A stretch of DNA of 64,000 bases from Chrysomallon squamiferum. Its lineage: Eukaryota; Animalia; Mollusca. A program made the position numbers and the translations under genes. Location of the stretch: positions 8,246,001 through 8,310,000 of the forward strand of contig CM022674.1 of NCBI GenBank assembly GCA_012295275.1, written 5' to 3'. Below the pieces are notes generated by a model. It made no database searches and had not been told where the DNA came from. It saw only the letters and a program-made list of their open reading frames with translations. Of the stretch, positions 14,930 through 25,734 are shown in pieces (within the stretch, counting starts at the first letter, position 1; each line of letters starts with the position of its first letter).

Positions 14930-15860
14930 ATCTGATATGGTGTGTGTTATATGGTATTGTTTGATGTCATGTGATGTGGTGTGGATGTTATGGTATGGTG
15001 TAATATGGTGTTATGGTATGGTATGGATTGTGTTGTGTTGTGTGGTGTTATGGTATGGTATGGATTGTGTTGTGTTTATGGTGTTATGGTATGGTATGAA
15101 TTGTGTTGTGTTTATGGTGTTATGGTATGGTATGGATTGTGTTGTGTTTATGGTGTTATGGTATAGTATGGACTGTGTTGTGTTATGGTGTAGTATGGTA
15201 TGTGTAAGTTATGGTATGGTATGGACTGTTTATGGTGTTATGGTATGGTATGAATTGTGTTGTGTTTATGGTGTTATGGTATGGTATGAATTGTGTTGTG
15301 TTGTGTTGTGTGGTGTTATGGTATGGTATGGATTGTGTTGTGTGTGGTGTTATGGTATAGTATGGATTGTGTGGTGTTATGGTATAGTAAGGGTTGTGTG
15401 GTGTTATGGTATGGTATGGATTGTGTTGTGTTTATGGTGTTATGGTATGGTATGAATTGTGTTGTGTTGTGTGGTGTTATGGTATGGTATGGATTGTGTT
15501 GTGTTGTGTGGTGTTATGGTATGGTATGGATTGTGTTGTGTTTATGGTGTTATGGTATGGTATGGATTGTGTTGTGTTGTGTGGTGTATGGTATAGTAAG
15601 GATTGTGTTGTGTTTGTGGTGTTATGGTATGGTATGGATTGTGTTGTGTTTATGGTGTTATGGTATGGTATGGATTGTGTTGTGTTGTGTGGTGTATGGT
15701 ATGGTAAGGGTTGTGTTGTGTGGTGTATGGTATAGTAAGGATTGTGTTGTGTTTATGGTGTTATGGTATGGATTGTGTTGTGTTTATGGTGTTATGGTAT
15801 GGATTGTGTTGTGTTTATGGTGTTATGGTATGGTAAGTGTTGTGGTGTTGTGTGGTTTTG
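14930..15860. repeat. Pentanucleotide-based satellite (TATGG/TGTTG/TGTGG)n with higher-order unit GGTGTTATGGTATGGTATGGATTGTGTTGTGTTTAT
   Basis: Read directly; the plus strand is almost devoid of C. Confidence 0.95.
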
Positions 15861-17159
15861 CTATATTTTGATGTGTTTGATATTTTCTGGTATAGTATGT
15901 AAATGTGTGTGCGTATGTTAGTAGATAGATACGTATATACGTCTATCCGTACTTGCATGAACTGATAACGTGACTAAATACTTGATTGTGTTCGCTAACG
16001 CATGCACGCATATTTTAACACTTATTTACATATTTACAAGGCACATTTTCTTATTTTTACCTTATCACATTGACGATAACACTGGCAATAACAACAACTT
16101 TTATTCAAAATGTGTTAGTTTAATTAACGTTCTCATTTTCTGAAATCACAGATAGAATAGACATCCTAGTCTGGTAGCAGTTCCCAGATATAGCTTTCAG
16201 AAATGAGTTTCTATGATAAATATATTTCTATCATTATCAAATTCTGAGTAATATTTTGAATTAAAGTGTTCACATTAAAAGGTTAAGTATATCATACGTT
16301 TTTCTGAAAACTGTGATATCAGTGAAGTGGTGTGTTTATCAACGAAGGAGATACTAGGAATAATTTAAAAAGAAAAATATGAGAATGGCACGATTGTCAT
16401 ATTTTGTAATAAATGTGAAGTACGACCATATGCTGTTAAAATAATGGATGCTGATGTGTTAAAGATTGCTATCCATAAAATAATAAATTGATTAACGATA
16501 TCATTTCTTTAAACGACAAAGATACTGACGAACATAACATTTGTTATACTAATATGTGTGATCCTTTTAACATAATATTTATAATGGAATGTAATACTGT
16601 AGCATATAATGTTAAAAAACGAATAATTATTGTTTACTTTTGTTTAATATTTATATCAAACATATATTACTGAAACAAGCTATAAACTATTGAACTGTAA
16701 TGGATATATATGTATATACATATTTACTTGTAATAAAACAGCTAAACTGTACAGGTGATATCAAAATTAACTTGATAATTTTCACGCAGTCACCACTTTA
16801 AGTTTTGAAATGTTGTGTCACATCTGGGCATTGTTTATACACTCCTCCATACTCTTTTGTATTTTTTTTTTACTTCTTTTTTTTTTTTTTCATACACTAT
16901 TATTATTATTATTATTATTTATTCTTATTATTATTATTTTTATTATTTAAAGAATTTTCTTGTTCTCGTAATTCATTCTATTTTTAATTATTTTGTGACG
17001 TCACAAAACAACATTAAGAAAAGGTTTCAATAATACTTAGTTCTCGCCTAAAAGTTGTCTCTACCAGAAAATAAACGTCATTCTAGTATGACGTTTCTAA
17101 TCCTAGTCTCTAGTGTGACGTCATTTTAAACACCAGTTCATATTAAAATTTCACTGACG

Positions 17160-18055
17160 TTATTTTAAAAAAAATCATTTCAAAAAATCCAATCTTTCAA
17201 AAAAAATGACGTTAGAAAAAAATGACTCGCCTAAAAAAATGTGACTGTCACAAACAAATGACACATTTCAAAAACAGTTCTCATTTCAAAAAAAAAAATC
17301 TGAACGTCATTTAAAAAAAATGACCATTTTAAAAATCGATTTAAAAAGTTCATTTCAAAAAATCACTGGTCTCATTTTAAAAAAATTAGTCTTTGGAAAA
17401 ATCACTGGAACTTACATCAGTGTCATATTAAATACACCACTACAAAATACACCACTCTAGTTCATGTTACAAACATCACACTAGTGTCATTTTAAAAACA
17501 TAACTCTAATCACTCTAGTCATGTTAAAAAATTTCACTAAAACTGTCATTTTAAAAAAATCAAACACCACTCAAGGATCATTTCAAAAAAATCACTGGAA
17601 CTGTCATTTTAAAAAAATGACTCTAGTATCATTTCAAAAATCACTCTAGTATCATGTTAAATCACTGGAACTGTCATTTTAAAAAAAACACCACTCTAGG
17701 GTCATTTTAAAAATCACTTAGTACAGTCATTTTAAAAAAATCACTGGAACTGTCATTTTAAAAAAATGACTCTAGTGTCATGTTACTAGGGTCATTTTAA
17801 AAAAACTTAGTGTCATGTTACAAACACCACTCTAGTGTCATTTAAAAAAATGACTCTAGGGTCATTTACAAAAAACTCTAGTGTCATGTTACAAACACCA
17901 CTCTAGTGTCATTTAAAAAAACTCTAGTGTCATGTTAAAACAGTCATTTTACAAAACCACTGTACTGGAACAGTCATTTTAAAAAAAACTGTAGTGTCAC
18001 TCTAGTGTCATTTACAAAAATCACTGTGAAAACTGTATCATGTTAAAACATTTAG
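17160..18055. repeat. Scrambled mixture of the 25-bp unit and a related CTGTCATTTTAAAAAAATCACTGGAA unit
   Basis: Fragments of both units are interleaved without a stable period. Confidence 0.7.
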
Positions 18056-18705
18056 TATCATGTTACAAACATCACTCTAGTGTCATGTTAAATACACCAC
18101 TCTAGTATCATGTTACAAACATCACTCTAGTGTCATGTTAAATACACCACTCTAGTATCATGTTACAAACATCACTCTAGTGTCATGTTACAAACACCAC
18201 TCTAGTGTCATGTTACAAACATCACTCTAGTGTCATGTTACAAACACCACTCTAGTGTCATGTTACAAACACCACTCTAGTGTCATGTTACAAACATCAC
18301 TCTAGTGTCATGTTACAAACATCAGTCTAGTGTCATGTTACAAACACCACTCTAGTGTCATGTTACAAACACCACTGTAGTGTCATGTTACAAACACCAC
18401 TGTAGTGTCATGTTACAAACACCACTGTAGTGTCATGTTACAAACATCACTCTAGTGTCATGTTACAAACACCACTCTAGTGTCATGTTACAAACACCAC
18501 TCTAGTGTCATGTTACAAACATCAGTCTAGTGTCATGTTACAAACACCACTGTCGTGTCATGTTACAAACACCACTCTAGTGTCATGTTACAAATACCAC
18601 TCTAGTGTCATGTTACAAATACCACTCTAGTGTCATGTTACAAACACCACTCTAGTGTTATATTACAAACACAACTCTAGTTTTATGTTACAAACACCAC
18701 TCTAT
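18056..18705. repeat. 25-bp minisatellite TCTAGTGTCATGTTACAAACACCAC, about 26 copies
   Basis: Near-perfect tandem units; the array begins ~120 bp past the GPCR stop codon. Confidence 0.97.
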
Positions 18706-18822
18706 AGCGTTGTCACTGACATTACTGCACTGTGATGTCAAAGCATCACTCTAGTGTAACGTTACAAGCAGGCACTTCATGTTAACCACGTTTTGAAGTA
18801 GGAATTACGAGCCCGCAGCCGA

Positions 18823-18828
18823 TTTATT
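18823..18828 (-). promoter_or_regulatory. Candidate polyadenylation signal AATAAA overlapping the tandem stop codons
   Basis: Minus strand reads GTC TAA TAA ATC; AATAAA spans 18828-18823. Confidence 0.3.
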
Positions 18829-19966
18829 AGACATCTGTGTCTTTAGTGGCTAATGGTACAAGAGCAGTTCCCCTCTTTTCACCATTTCTTAGAGCGTCTT
18901 TGAGGAATATCCTGATAAATGTGTCTCTAAACTGTTTACTCATTGTACAGTACAGAGCGAAGTTTATACCGTTATTAATAAGCGCGACTATGTCCATCAA
19001 ATCCCCCAGAGGTTGGTAAACGTCCTCAAAGAAGCCGTCGATGATTCCGCTAGGCAGCTGGAGTATTCCTTGTGGCGTTTCCGTGACTAGAAATAAAACA
19101 ACAACAGTAAGCAGCATTCGTGTCGTCCGATTAGTTTTCCGTTGTCTCTTATTTTCGTCCTCGCCTTTTACTTTGTTTGTTTTGTTAAGAAGTTTCTTTC
19201 TCCTCTTCTCCGCGTCTTTCATTGTTTTCACTAAACAGATACTCAGAACTGACAGAAGGAAACATGGTAGAAGCTTCACCAGTAACGCTTGCGTCCAGAA
19301 ATTGAGTTTTCTAACAAGTTTTTCCGTAGGTGTAGTATCCTTTACATCGATGAACCAAACTGTTTCATTTATATTTGGGTCGTAAGCATTTTTTACCGTG
19401 TATATGACACAGTTTGGTATACAAACTATAGCAGTTACTATGGAAACTATTATGATGGTAAGTTTGGCTCTCTGTATTGTGCATAGTTTAGTGCCACTTC
19501 TCGGATAGCGGATGAATATATACCGAAATAGTGCCAGAGCTACTGTTAGCCATATAGAAATTGAATGAACAATTACACTGAATAAAGCGTAAAACATGAG
19601 AAAGATTGCGTTATACTGAGGAGTTGGTTTGGAAACGAACACATGGTAATTTAAAATAGCGTAAGGAAAGTAAGCCGCCATCGTTAACCCGTCTGACACG
19701 GCTAAGCCAGACAGAATCACGTTAGTAGGGGACTGCATCGACTTGCTCGTCAGTACAACAAAGTTGAGAGTATTTGCTATCACACCAAAAATACAGACTA
19801 CGGGAGCGGCATATCCGTGAATAGGTTCATACCACTTCTGCCACGCCACCAGCGGTGTCGATGCAGTTTGTTCCTGGGAGTCGTTAGCCCACAGTCCCAG
19901 AGTGGTGTCTGGGACGGATGTTGCGTTCATAAGCAAAGGCACTGAAGCGAATCCAGTGGTGCTCAT
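18827..19966 (-). CDS. Class A (rhodopsin-like) neuropeptide GPCR, myosuppressin receptor / DMSR-1 family (often annotated 'sex peptide receptor-like'); single coding exon, 379 aa
   Basis: Uninterrupted ORF with seven hydrophobic segments. Family motifs: HGY...CIFGVIANTLN (TM1), SPTNVILSGLAVSD (TM2), HSISIWLTVALALFRY (TM3, FRY in place of DRY), KLLPCFLL (TM5), RTTRMLLTVVVLFLVTETPQG (TM6), DLMDIVALINNGINFALYCTMSKQFRDTF (TM7/H8). N-glycosylation sequons NAT and NDS in the N-terminus. ATG lies in an AACCATG context with an in-frame TGA 27 codons upstream. Confidence 0.95.
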   Translation of the reverse strand: MSTTGFASVPLLMNATSVPDTTLGLWANDSQEQTASTPLVAWQKWYEPIHGYAAPVVCIFGVIANTLNFVVLTSKSMQSPTNVILSGLAVSDGLTMAAYFPYAILNYHVFVSKPTPQYNAIFLMFYALFSVIVHSISIWLTVALALFRYIFIRYPRSGTKLCTIQRAKLTIIIVSIVTAIVCIPNCVIYTVKNAYDPNINETVWFIDVKDTTPTEKLVRKLNFWTQALLVKLLPCFLLSVLSICLVKTMKDAEKRRKKLLNKTNKVKGEDENKRQRKTNRTTRMLLTVVVLFLVTETPQGILQLPSGIIDGFFEDVYQPLGDLMDIVALINNGINFALYCTMSKQFRDTFIRIFLKDALRNGEKRGTALVPLATKDTDV

Positions 19967-20100
19967 GGTTTCTATGGAAACTAAACACCTATACAGAAGT
20001 CGGAAGTAGACAGTAAATCCTGATCGGCAAGAATTAAAGAATCTTCAGCTTGAAGCCAGTGACTGGACAGCGAAGAAAGTTACCTGTAAGCAGAAAAAAA
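19967..20100 (-). other. 5'UTR part of the coding exon (20083-19967) and its 3' splice acceptor (AG at 20085-20084)
   Basis: Minus strand reads TTTTTTTCTGCTTACAG|GTAACTTTC. There is no ATG between this acceptor and the start codon, and low-complexity repeat sequence begins just beyond it. Confidence 0.7.
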
Positions 20101-20139
20101 TATATATCTGTAACATCACTTTTACTATAGAAAATAGTC

Positions 20140-20650
20140 ACTGGAAATAATACTTACATGAGAATATATACAAGTCATTTAAAATAAGAATACAGAAACG
20201 GAGAATAACTGAAGAATAACTAATTTATACAAGAACTGCAAAGAACAATGCGTACGAGTGACAGAAAAAGAGAATTATGTACTTGCAATTGAAAAAAAGT
20301 ATATTTAAAAAAGGATAATATATACAAATGATCTTTAACTGAAAACAAGAATATAGAAAAGTAATTGAAAATGAGAATTATAAACAAGTAAGTAGAAATA
20401 CAAATGCCCATAGTAACTGAAATAAGAATATCTACATGAAACCTAACACCAGAAGGCTAAGAATATCTACAAGTAAATGAAATCAGATGAAAAACTGAAA
20501 CAACAATATCTATAAGTCATTGAAATCAGAATATTTACAAGTAACTTGAAACCAAACGAGAAACTGAAATAAGAATATGTACAAGTAATTTAAATCAAAC
20601 GCAAAACTTGAACAAGTCACTGAAATAAATATATCTATTAGCAGTTTAAA
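20140..20650. repeat. Degenerate ~25-bp repeat AACTGAAATAAGAATATCTACAAGT
   Basis: Recurring AACTGAAA...AGAATAT...ACAAGT motifs on the intron side of the acceptor. Confidence 0.7.
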
Positions 20651-20700
20651 TCAGACAAAAATAAATAAATAAATAAAAATTAAATTAAATTAAAAACAAA

Positions 20701-20740
<40 letters not shown>

Positions 20741-21835
20741 AATAATAAAGAAAAAGCCCTAAAAATAAAAAATTAAGAAAGAAGAAAAAATCCCCCCCCC
20801 GCCAAAAACCCACAAAAAAACCCCAGACAAGAACAACATGAAAATAAAAATATGAACAAGTAAGAGAAATCAAACTTCACTGATAAGTCATAAGCTGTTT
20901 ACAAATATTCCATTTACTTGGAGCTTTTAACCAGCGTTTCATTATGGATCCGCTAATCCACTTTGTGATGCAAAACGTTCTCATTAATTTAAGTTTCCAT
21001 ACTTTCTCCAGGCTGCGCTCTGTAATTACTGCAGAGTTAACACAACAGAAACAACCTCGCTCATCTAGGATCTCACTCCGAGTTGGAGAAAAAGCTCAGT
21101 CGTGAAGCTCTGGGGGTGTGCGACAGTAAATATTGGTTCGATACTTGACGAGTCTTACTCGTTGACGCTATTGGTTTTGTTCTGTCTAATAAATACGTTG
21201 GTAATGAGCCAACAACAAGCGGAGAAATGATTGCCTGTTTTGACATTTACACTGCAAGAAAGTAATATCTGTTCTTCCCACCACAGACAGCCATAAAGCC
21301 GCGACAATTAATATGGTTCAATTCACATCCATTTCGAAACTGCGCACACTAATTTGCCATATTGAATCAAGTAATCTATTTAGAGTATTGCTGAATTTTT
21401 TTCGTATTACACTTTTTTTAATTTACAGATAGTTGAAGATATCATAATTCCAAAATGAAGAAGGAGAAGAAGAAGAGAGAGCAGACAGACAGACAGATAA
21501 TTCAGGACGTTTTAATTTGACTGAATCATCGTTTCATTGTTTTCATTTTTGTTGTTGGTGGCGATGATGTTGATTGTGGTTGTTGTTGTTGTTGTTGGTG
21601 ATGGTGAAGGCTGTATTTGTGGTGACTGTGTTAATGGTGATAGTTAATTAAATTATTAAGAAATTGTTAAATTTAATTAAGAATATATACTATTTCTATT
21701 CAACTAACAATATCTTTTATGTCATCTTAAAACAGAAGAAATTTTAAAAATGAAAATTATTTATTGTTTTATAATTGATATATAGATAAAGATAAAAAAA
21801 AAAAAAAATAAATAAATAAAAATAATAAAAACATG

Positions 21836-22070
21836 ACAGATTATTTTATTTCTAATAAAAACATTTTGGTTTTTTCATTTTTAACTATTTTACATCATAC
21901 ATGAATAATTTATTAAGCTATTTATATATAGAGAGAGAGAGTTGGTGCATATATATATATATGACTAAAAGATGATTAAATTAAATAATTAAACTATTTA
22001 AAAACGAATTTGTTTTGAGAAATCTGTACAGCCTGCTTTCTTCTCTCTTTCCGTCTTTCTTTATCTGATT

Positions 22071-22158
<88 letters not shown>

Positions 22159-22509
22159 ATTTATATATACGTACACTTTCCACCGATCTGTACACGCTTT
22201 TGTTATCGACAGTGAATGAGTATCTATCTAATCAGTAAAACTATGAAGACACGTGTTTGTGAAATGATGTTGAAATATAATCATTCTAAACTGTGTATCG
22301 CTCAGGGTCAGCTAATTAATCACAGTAATAATCTTATTATGCATCTGCATGCTTATCACTGTCCATATCAATTGCAATATAAAATAATTAAGCACGTCCA
22401 TGCATATATGTATGAACAATCTGTTTTGTTCCCAAATGTAGCAATAATAGAGAGACACTGATCCGAACATGATTGAGATATTAAGATTAATGAGAGAGAA
22501 ACAGCGAGC

Positions 22510-22604
<95 letters not shown>

Positions 22605-23078
22605 ACTTAATAAGATAAAGAAAGACGGAAAGAGAGAAGAAAGCAGGCCTGTACAGATTTCTCAAAACAATTTCCAGCGTTGCTTCAGCAGCTCGTTTTT
22701 AAATAGTTTAATTATTTAATTTAATCATCTTTTAGTCACCTACGTTTAGCAGGGAAACAGAATCATTCAGAGACATAATCTTAAAATAATAATTAAAAAG
22801 ATAAAAATTAATAAAAAAATAAAAAAGTAAAAAGGTTTTAAAAAAATGAAACGGAAGAAAAAGAAAATGAAAAGATAAAGATTGGAATAAACCAATAAGA
22901 CAGATGAAAGGATTAAATAAAAAAATTCAATTTCCACTCCTGCAGTGACTGTAAAAACCAAACAAAAGATAAATAAAAAAAAAAATTACAGATTATTTTA
23001 TTTCTAATAAAAACGTTTTGGTTTCTTTATTTTTAACTATCTGACATCATACCTGAATAATTTATTAAGTTATTTATA
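21836..23078. repeat. Pair of 91-bp direct repeats (21836-21926 and 22988-23078) enclosing (CT)n 22073-22156 and (GA)n 22512-22602
   Basis: Both copies start ACAGATTATTTTATTTCTAATAAAAAC and end TGAATAATTTATTAAG.TATTTATA, with a few substitutions. Confidence 0.9.
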
Positions 23079-23548
23079 AGTTATCCAAAAGCAAGCATAC
23101 ACCAGATTTCTTTTTATTAAAAAACATATATAGTTTAAAAAAGAAAAATAATAATAATAATAAGTAAATAAGTAAGAAAATATATAAATAAAAAAAATAA
23201 TAATAATAATAAGTAAAAAAATAAATATATAAATAAAATAATAATATTAATAAAGAAATAAATAAATGAATAAATCACCTAATAAAAATTATTACAGTAC
23301 AATTAACAGATATTGTTAATCACACCGTTATTCAATTTTTGGTTTCAGATATTAATAATATCTAAACACAGAAACACACACATTACATGCTCGCTCTCAT
23401 ACAAAGTCACACATACATATAGGTGTACATATTGTGTCTAAACGCACACACACAACGCACACAGCGTATAAAATATATTTCATATCAAAATATTAAAAAG
23501 TTTTTACTTTCCTTTTTCTTAGCAATTTTTTAGACTTACTGTTACAAT

Positions 23549-24198
23549 AAGCCTGCAACATTTAGAAACTGTAAGTCTGCAACATTTAGAAACTGTAAGT
23601 CTGCAACATTTAGAAACTGTAAGTCTGTAACATTTAGAAACGGTAAGCTTGCAACATTTAGAAACTGTAAGCTTGCAACATTTAGAAACTGTAAGCTTGC
23701 AACATTTAGAAACTGTAAGTCTGCAACATTTAGAAACTGTAAGTCTGTAACATTTAGAAACGGTAAGCTTGCAACATTTAGAAACTGTAAGTCTGTAACA
23801 TTTAGAAACGGTAAGCCTGCAACATTTAGAAACTGTAAGCTTGCAACATTTAGAAACTGTAAGTCTGCAACATTTAGAAACTGTAAGTCTGTAACATTTA
23901 GAAACGGTAAGCTTGCAACATTTAGAAACTGTAAGCTTGCAACATTTAGAAACTGTAAGCTTGCAACATTTAGAAACTGTAAGTCTGTAACATTTAGAAA
24001 CTGTAAGCTTGTAACATTTAGAAACTGTAAGCCTGCAACATTTAGAAACTGTAAACTTGTAACATTTAGAAACTGTAAGTCTGTTACATTAGAAACTGTA
24101 AGTCTGTTACATTAGAAACTGTAAGTCTGTTACATTAGAAACTGTAAGCCTGCAACATTTAGGAACTGTAAGCTTGTAACATTCAGAAACAGTAAGCT
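23549..24198. repeat. 24-bp minisatellite AAG(TC/CT)TG(C/T)AACATTTAGAAACTGT, about 27 copies
   Basis: Period 24 (23549, 23573, ...). Confidence 0.97.
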
Positions 24199-24975
24199 AC
24201 ATGACACCTGTAATAAACGAGGTGATTTATTTCTATTTCGTGCCGGTGAAGTGGGCTTTTTTCACACGCAGTCTCGATTGAGCAGACACTTCGGATACTT
24301 CGAGACGAAAGAGCCTTATGACGTCACTTCCAAGTTTACCGCACAAGTCGAAATCCGTTATTACTTACACATCTACTTATCACGTCTGTCATCTTTACAC
24401 TTAGAGGCAAAAAATACCGAGCAATGTAGTCGTATTCCAAACTACTCCAGCCATGGTATAATTAAGTAAAACCAATAACAACAACAATAACAATAACAAA
24501 AAACGTCATGATCAGTAAATCGTAATAATTCAACTATTTAATTATTTTAATTTGAAAAAAAAGTCAGCTATAAGTCAGCTATAGTTCTAGATCACTGTTA
24601 AAATAAAAAAAAATAAAAAATAAAATAAAATATTGATTTTCGGACTCTAGACGTTTCATTTTTAGTTATAAATCACTTGCAGAAACAGCAGTGATAAAAC
24701 AGTGGGCGACGTCGGCTTCACAAATATTGAACCCACACACCGGCAAGCACGACGGCACAATTTTGCGAAACAGTATCGTGTTCTTTCTGATGGAAACTTC
24801 GGGTACTTGTGGCGATTGCAAACACTGCTATGGTTCCGGCGTGGTAAAATTGCCGATAGTCGTGCAGAACGAAACATGGGAGTCGTTACTGAAGTAACTA
24901 ATCCAACGTGCAAGACAACCAATGTGAGTTTTGATTAAAACTTCAACAACTTTGTAAAAAAAACTACAGTTTGAA

Positions 24976-24976
<1 letters not shown>

Positions 24977-25017
<41 letters not shown>

Positions 25018-25059
25018 AACTGTATAACTATATATATATAAAACTATACATAACTATAA

Positions 25060-25138
<79 letters not shown>

Positions 25139-25169
25139 TTTAGATTTAGATACAGATATAGATATATAC

Positions 25170-25219
<50 letters not shown>
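24977..25219. repeat. Compound microsatellite (CA)n-(TA)n-(GA)n-(TG)n
   Basis: Read directly from the sequence. Confidence 0.95.
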
Positions 25220-25224
<5 letters not shown>

Positions 25225-25561
25225 GTAATAAATATTAAGTATATGGAATATTTAAACTGACATATTACGTGTTGTTCATTTTCCAACATGTCAGTTCTTT
25301 TAAGCAAACTACTTAAACCTGTCAGTGAACATTTTACAGATTCCTTGGTATTCTGTTAGAACAGTAACATAAAAATAGCAAAAATTCCATTATGAAGACC
25401 TCTTAACACAAGCTAACACTTAGCTGCTATTACTTTCAAACTCAATTAAGATTGTATGAGTGTATGAAAGAGAATTTTCCGGCGTTTTAATATCCATGGG
25501 ATATTTTTGTATTTTTATGTTTCACATACATTTAGATAAAATGGCTGCTTGTCTATATGAA

Positions 25562-25667
<106 letters not shown>

Positions 25668-25734
25668 GTTTATATAAAAAGTGTCAGAAAAGAGAAGCAG
25701 TATTTTAATATTATTTCATTTGATGCAAGAGAAA

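Noticed and set aside
13478-15871. Long Tyr/Cys/Val/Trp-rich ORFs (113-196 aa)
   Set aside because: Translations of pentanucleotide satellites, open in several frames at once.
18056-18705. CRISPR-like appearance of the 24-57 bp arrays (also 23549, 33509, 52530, 57122)
   Set aside because: Units are head-to-tail with no unique spacers, there are no cas genes, and the context is eukaryotic.
18837-19486. Plus-strand ORFs antisense to the GPCR
   Set aside because: Short shadow ORFs with no recognisable motifs.
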